From NCBI GenBank assembly GCA_947598285.1, contig CANQFE010000001.1:13705-77704 (forward strand): 64,000 nt of DNA. Direction: 5' to 3'. Shown here piece by piece: positions 59,620 to 64,000 of the stretch; the first letter of the stretch is position 1; the number at the start of each line of letters is the position of its first letter. A model generated the notes under the pieces. That model was not told where the DNA came from. It did no database searches and was given only the letters and a program-made list of their open reading frames with translations. This DNA is from an uncultured Bacilli bacterium. Its GTDB lineage: Bacteria > Bacillota_I > Bacilli_A > RF39 > UBA660. Both the position numbers and the translations under genes were made by a program.

Positions 59620-59949
59620 ATGGCAAGAAAAAGTACAAACACAATAACTTCAACAACTACATTAGAATCAACAATTATTCAAAATCCTGAAGCAGATCTT
59701 GGAAAAGAAATTTCTGAAACTGTAACAACTACAGAAAAACTCGTTGAGACTATTGTAACGCCAGAAGAGAAAGTGAATACAATTGTTGAAAAGAACTTAG
59801 ATAAAACACTAAAACAGGAACCAGCTGCTGAAGTTCAAGTAACAAAATCTACAGTAAATAAAGGTTCTAATATAAGTTCTAGTCATATACTTGTCCCATC
59901 GGACGAAATTCTTAAGACACCAAAAATTAGTCAAACATGGATTGGTTAA
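59620..59949 (+). CDS. hypothetical T/E-rich protein
   Basis: 109 aa. Ribosome-binding site AAAGGAG. Confidence 0.4.
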   Translation: MARKSTNTITSTTTLESTIIQNPEADLGKEISETVTTTEKLVETIVTPEEKVNTIVEKNLDKTLKQEPAAEVQVTKSTVNKGSNISSSHILVPSDEILKTPKISQTWIG

Positions 59950-59969
59950 AATAACAAAGGATAACTACA

Positions 59970-60179
59970 ATGATTGTAAATTCTGAAAGAATACTCGATT
60001 GGCGTGGAAAAGTTATTGGTCGTATAGAAACAGACCACGAAGGAAATAAATTCGTAAAAGATTTTTACGGAAGGGTAAAAGGTAAATATAATAAGAAAGC
60101 AAATATTACAACAGATTTTTATGGACGGAAAATTGCCAAGGGTGATCAATGTGGTCTTCTTTTAAACATGAATACGTAA
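59970..60179 (+). CDS. hypothetical small protein with internal duplicated DFYGR(V/K)K motif
   Basis: 69 aa. Ribosome-binding site AAAGGA. Confidence 0.35.
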   Translation: MIVNSERILDWRGKVIGRIETDHEGNKFVKDFYGRVKGKYNKKANITTDFYGRKIAKGDQCGLLLNMNT

Positions 60180-60191
60180 TAAAGGAATTAT

Positions 60192-60518
60192 ATGAAAGCT
60201 AAATTTGAAGACGACTTTGAATATGTTACTCGTAAGCCAAAAAAGAAATTTATAAGAAAGTATCAAGAAGAATTAGATACTCAGAAAGTTGAGGAACTTG
60301 CAAAAAAGTTAATACAACAATCTGTTGATTATAAAAATATATTTGGATATGAGCTTGAAAAGAACAATATTAGATGTATTTCTAAATGGAATAAACAATC
60401 AGAAGTATTTGTGTGTTATAAAAAACAAGATAATACGATTATAGAAACTAGACAAAAAACCTATCGTGAGTTCAATTGTGATAAGGCCGTTGAATACATA
60501 GATGAAATTACAAAATAA
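60192..60518 (+). CDS. hypothetical protein
   Basis: 108 aa. Followed by a T11 tract. Confidence 0.4.
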   Translation: MKAKFEDDFEYVTRKPKKKFIRKYQEELDTQKVEELAKKLIQQSVDYKNIFGYELEKNNIRCISKWNKQSEVFVCYKKQDNTIIETRQKTYREFNCDKAVEYIDEITK

Positions 60519-60629
60519 TCAACTTTAATTTGTTGATTATTTTTTTTTTTACTTTTGTGCTGAATTTAGTTGAATTTCTTCTAATTTGATATTATAATAT
60601 AATCATAAAAAGGAAAGGAAGAAATACAA

Positions 60630-61154
60630 ATGAAGAACGAAAAATTGTTAACTCTTCTCGCAGAAATTAAAAATGGAGTATATTTCAGGATTTCTTATAA
60701 GTCCGAAGTTCCACTTAGCAAGAAGAAACTCAAGGAAGCCAACTATGAAGAAGGGTCTTTCAAGATTATAAAGATCACTGAAGCAACCGTTCGCACTGGG
60801 ATACGCTACAGTAAGCTTCATAGAGTTATTGAAACTCTTAAAGATAGAGAAGAAAGTAAGACTCGTACAAACAACTACGAATGGGTTATTAAGAATAGGA
60901 TTAAACATAACATTGTAACAGGTAAAGATTATCTCACACTTGCAACATCCGTTCGTGGTGGACATGTTAGAACCATTTATGAAGTAACATGTAAAGACAA
61001 CCGCGTGTATTACTTTAGTAAAGACGAGTTATTACAGACTGATGTGAGTATGTTTATTCAAGACAGTTATTTTAATAGGTCAGAACACATTCCTTATTAC
61101 TGCGTGGATACTGATAACATTCTTACAATAAATCATGTGCCTGTAAAATTTTGA
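60630..61154 (+). CDS. hypothetical protein
   Basis: 174 aa. Ribosome-binding site AAAGGAAAGGAAG. Preceded by the GATATTATAATATAA promoter-like motif. Confidence 0.45.
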   Translation: MKNEKLLTLLAEIKNGVYFRISYKSEVPLSKKKLKEANYEEGSFKIIKITEATVRTGIRYSKLHRVIETLKDREESKTRTNNYEWVIKNRIKHNIVTGKDYLTLATSVRGGHVRTIYEVTCKDNRVYYFSKDELLQTDVSMFIQDSYFNRSEHIPYYCVDTDNILTINHVPVKF

Positions 61155-61231
61155 GTATCATTTAAGTTGTCTTTTTACGAAAATGATATTATAATATAAA
61201 CATAAGAAATAGAAGAAAGAGGTACAAGGAC

Positions 61232-61540
61232 GTGTTGCGGAAGGACGCTAAAGCAATTGCTAACAGATCGAATGAAATTAGAAAACTTCCAACTAAAGAA
61301 GATAAGATAGTGGAACTTACTAAATTGGTTGAGCAGTTCCACACAGAAAAATCCCGCTGGAGTGTGTCTGCAATTGTTGATGTAATAATCGAGTATTGGT
61401 CAGCAGAGAATTACTATGATTATGTGTGGCAGACATATCCAGATGATAACGAAAGTTTAATGTTTGCTGGTGGTCAGAAATCTGCTCTTCAAGAACTTTT
61501 AATGGGTAATGGATGGAGTGCAGCAGCAGGTATTCTCTAG
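61232..61540 (+). CDS. hypothetical protein
   Basis: 102 aa. GTG start. Preceded by the same promoter-like motif. Confidence 0.4.
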   Translation: MLRKDAKAIANRSNEIRKLPTKEDKIVELTKLVEQFHTEKSRWSVSAIVDVIIEYWSAENYYDYVWQTYPDDNESLMFAGGQKSALQELLMGNGWSAAAGIL

Positions 61541-61640
61541 GTTTAGTGTTAATCAGTATGGAGGACGTTTGATATAACACTTGAAATGAAACACAAGATA
61601 AAACGTGTAACTGAAAAATAAAGAAAGGAAGACTTTTAAA

Positions 61641-62621
61641 ATGGCACACGAACTCGAAAATATGTTTTATGTTTCGAATGAACAGAATGGAAGATTTAAG
61701 CCTTGGCACGGCCTTGGAACTTCTGTTGAAGAAGCTCTAAATTCAAAAGAAGCACTTCGTCTTTCAGGACTAGATTGGAAAGTAGACTCAAAACCTCTTT
61801 TTGTAGATGGGATAGAAGTTCCTGGATACAAAGCAAATGTTCGTATTACAGATGGAGCAATCCTCGATGTTGTAAGCGACAGATATAAGATTGTACAGAA
61901 TGAAGAAGCGTTTGACTTTACCGATGGTCTTATTGGTGGAGATGTTCGTTACGAAACCGCGGGCTCATTGTTTGGTGGGAAAAGAACATTTATCCTCGCA
62001 AGACTTCCAAAAGTTCAGATTCTTGGAGATGACGTGTGTCCTTATATTTGCTTTACAAATGGTTTTAATAAAGCATATTCAATTAAGGCTGTTTGTACAC
62101 CCGTTCGCGTTGTTTGTAATAATACATTAAGTTTTGCTCTTAATAACGCACAACGTAGTTGGTCTACAAAGCATGTTGGGGACATGACAAGCAAGTTAGA
62201 ACAGGCTCGTGAATCTCTTGGTCTTGCACAAAAGTATATGAAAGAACTTGAGGTAACTGCGGAAAAGCTCGCAGAAACGAAAGTAAGTGATGATGAAGTA
62301 CGTTCCGTAATTAATAATATTTTTGTTTCGAATGAAAAGGATTCTGAACGTAAACTTAAGAATATTGAAGATCAGAAAGATAACTTCATGATTTGCATGT
62401 TAGCTCCTGATATTGCTAAGTTCAGAGGCACTGCTTGGGGAACTGTTCAAGCTGCGTCGGATTATTTCACACACAAGGCTCCAAAGCGGGCAACAGAGAG
62501 TTATAGAGAAAGAAATTTTGCTAATATTCTTGATGGCAATATTTACTTTGATAGAATCTTCTTGGAAATGATGAATAAAATCGCGGAAAAGAAACAGTTC
62601 AGCGTGAGGGCTTCTGTATGA
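61641..62621 (+). CDS. DUF932-like phage/plasmid protein
   Basis: 326 aa, …FKPWHGLGTSVEEALNSKEALRLSGLDWKV… resembles the phage/plasmid-like protein family TIGR03299/DUF932. This is a recollection, not a search result. Confidence 0.35.
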   Translation: MAHELENMFYVSNEQNGRFKPWHGLGTSVEEALNSKEALRLSGLDWKVDSKPLFVDGIEVPGYKANVRITDGAILDVVSDRYKIVQNEEAFDFTDGLIGGDVRYETAGSLFGGKRTFILARLPKVQILGDDVCPYICFTNGFNKAYSIKAVCTPVRVVCNNTLSFALNNAQRSWSTKHVGDMTSKLEQARESLGLAQKYMKELEVTAEKLAETKVSDDEVRSVINNIFVSNEKDSERKLKNIEDQKDNFMICMLAPDIAKFRGTAWGTVQAASDYFTHKAPKRATESYRERNFANILDGNIYFDRIFLEMMNKIAEKKQFSVRASV

Positions 62622-62857
62622 GTCCCCTTCAAGCTATTAAAGCTAAGTGCCTCGATTGTTGTTGTGATAGTCGACCTGAAGTGCAATTATGTCCATGTAC
62701 AGATTGTCCTTTACATATATTTAGGTTTGGAAGGTTGCCTAAAGAACATAATAAAAATCGTACAAAACGAGTTCTTACAGAAGAACAACGGGCTGCTGCG
62801 ATTGAAAGATTAGCAAAAGCACGAGAAGCAAGGAAAGCTCAACAAAAGAATAATTAG
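62618..62857 (+). CDS. small Cys-rich zinc-ribbon protein
   Basis: CLDCCCDSRPEVQLCPCTDCPLH. Translationally coupled to the previous gene. Confidence 0.4.
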   Translation: MSPLQAIKAKCLDCCCDSRPEVQLCPCTDCPLHIFRFGRLPKEHNKNRTKRVLTEEQRAAAIERLAKAREARKAQQKNN

Positions 62858-63075
62858 GACTATATTGTATATAATAATATAAGTTCCCAGTAAGCGTCTT
62901 CAAAGATCTGCTGGGATCTTATATTTTATAGAAGCCTTAAAGGCTATAGATAAACTGCTGAATAACAAATAACTTGATAAAACGAGATCTAAAGAATCTA
63001 TTCAGGATATAACTAGCGATGACAGATTTACTCTTATTAGGTTAAGAATAAATCTTATATTCGAAAGGAGTACAA

Positions 63076-63924
63076 ATGAATATTTCGAAGATGTCCCAAC
63101 ACTACAAGGCAAAATCTAAGCAAATAGTGCAGATAAGTCTTGTAATAGTAATATTATTTATTATTTTTCTAGCGGTAGAGATTTATAATAGTAATAAACA
63201 CGAACAACAAATAAAGGAACTAAATTCGTCTATTGACGAAGAAGTTCAGAAAGTAGAAAACTTAAATGAAGAAATAGAAAAATATAAAGAAGCCATAATA
63301 ACTCTGCAAAGAGAACGGAATGCACTTATAGCAGAACATAAAGAAGAAGTTAATAATTACGATTTTGAGCTAGAAGAATTTCAAGATAAACTTAACGAAG
63401 CAAACCAACTATGTAAAGAATATGAAGAGAAGTTAAATGAGAGTATAAATAAGTTTAATGAGTTAAGTGAAAAACTTGAAAAATATAATTTACTAATAGA
63501 AAAAGCAGATGCGGATGGATATAGTGAATCCTTAAAAGTGTGGCTACAGCTTAAAAGTATGGGGCTAAATGACTATGTAGCGAGCGGCATTATGGGAAAT
63601 ATAATGGCCGAAGTTGGTGGACACACACTTGATTTATCTGAATGGAGAAATTGTTCTACTGGAGTTTATTATGGTATTTTCCAAATGGCTGGATCTAGAA
63701 AAACAAGATTATTAAATGACTTTGGAACTACTATTGATGATCAATTACGTTTCTTCTCTGTAGAATTATATGAATTAATTCCAGAAGGAAGTTCTTTCTA
63801 TTCCTTAACAGACGAAAAAGAAGCTGCTTTATATTTTGCAAAAAAGTATGAAAGATGTGCAAGCTATACATATGAGGTAAGACAAAGAAATGCAACAAAA
63901 GCATTACAATATTTTACTACATAA
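63076..63924 (+). CDS. membrane-anchored coiled-coil protein with C-terminal lysozyme-like/tail-lysozyme domain
   Basis: N-terminal hydrophobic helix (IVQISLVIVILFIIFLAV), central heptad coiled-coil, C-terminal …GIMGNIMAEVGGHT…GIFQMAG… resembling the lysozyme-like domain signature. Confidence 0.5.
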   Translation: MNISKMSQHYKAKSKQIVQISLVIVILFIIFLAVEIYNSNKHEQQIKELNSSIDEEVQKVENLNEEIEKYKEAIITLQRERNALIAEHKEEVNNYDFELEEFQDKLNEANQLCKEYEEKLNESINKFNELSEKLEKYNLLIEKADADGYSESLKVWLQLKSMGLNDYVASGIMGNIMAEVGGHTLDLSEWRNCSTGVYYGIFQMAGSRKTRLLNDFGTTIDDQLRFFSVELYELIPEGSSFYSLTDEKEAALYFAKKYERCASYTYEVRQRNATKALQYFTT

Positions 63925-64000
63925 AATTTAAAGTATAACGAAATGATTTTATCAAATTAAATCAGCAGATAAAGGTAAAAGCTAGTTATAAAAGAGGTAA

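Noticed and set aside
1-64000. Campylobacter (Fletchervirus-like) origin suggested by poly-G tracts and 7-deazaguanine genes
   Set aside because: Poly-G-gated receptor-binding genes and deazaguanine DNA are hallmarks of Campylobacter phages. However, this window has strong GGAGG ribosome-binding sites, a DnaD/DnaB_2-type organizer, a RecU resolvase and a CHAP lysin, which are Firmicute signatures. The host is therefore inferred as low-GC Gram-positive; the resemblance is noted as convergent.

Overview
This 64-kb window reads as a contiguous stretch of a large, AT-rich (~30% GC) virulent tailed phage genome. Almost every gene is on the + strand. Three host clues point to a low-GC Gram-positive (Firmicutes) host: strong GGAGG-type ribosome-binding sites, a CHAP-domain tail lysin, and a DnaD/DnaB_2-like replisome organizer together with a RecU-type resolvase.

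The window runs through five blocks:
- 1-5.8 kb: a homing-endonuclease-like island (a NUMOD3-repeat protein plus an intact/truncated paralog pair) inside the end of the tail module, then an overlapping ORF pair upstream of the tape measure.
- 5.8-21.7 kb: a P2-like contractile-tail baseplate cluster. It contains the tape measure, a LysM gpX-like protein, gpD-, gpV- and gpW/gp25-like proteins, a CHAP/glucosaminidase tail lysin, a 1538-aa baseplate-J fusion protein, a gpI-like protein and fibers.
- 21.9-49.7 kb: a replication/recombination module. It contains an SNF2 helicase, a DnaD-like organizer, a DnaC-like loader, DnaB, a DnaG-type primase, family-A DNA polymerase, a beta-clamp-like protein, tau/delta'/delta-like clamp-loader subunits, a RecA-like recombinase, RecU-like and Hjc-like resolvases, SbcCD, a PD-(D/E)xK nuclease, an HD hydrolase and a frameshifted MT-A70 adenine methyltransferase.
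- Embedded in that module: a complete preQ0 / 7-deazaguanine DNA-modification gene set, split into queD-queE on the minus strand and queC-dpdA-folE on the plus strand downstream of polA.
- 49.7-64 kb: a late accessory region. It encodes a peptide deformylase, fiber-like proteins, a tandem OB-fold protein, and two paralogous receptor-binding-like genes, each interrupted by a poly-G homopolymer tract (G8 and G11) that currently puts them out of frame. It also holds a DUF932-like protein and a membrane-anchored lysozyme-like protein.

The most notable items are the 7-deazaguanine hypermodification system inside the replisome operon and the hypermutable-looking poly-G switches in paralogous fiber genes. 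Other items worth a look are a candidate +1 frameshift chaperone pair, the single-base frameshift in the MT-A70 gene, a recurring promoter motif (TTAGTTGTAT-N17-TATAAT), and an AT-rich divergent region that is a candidate origin.
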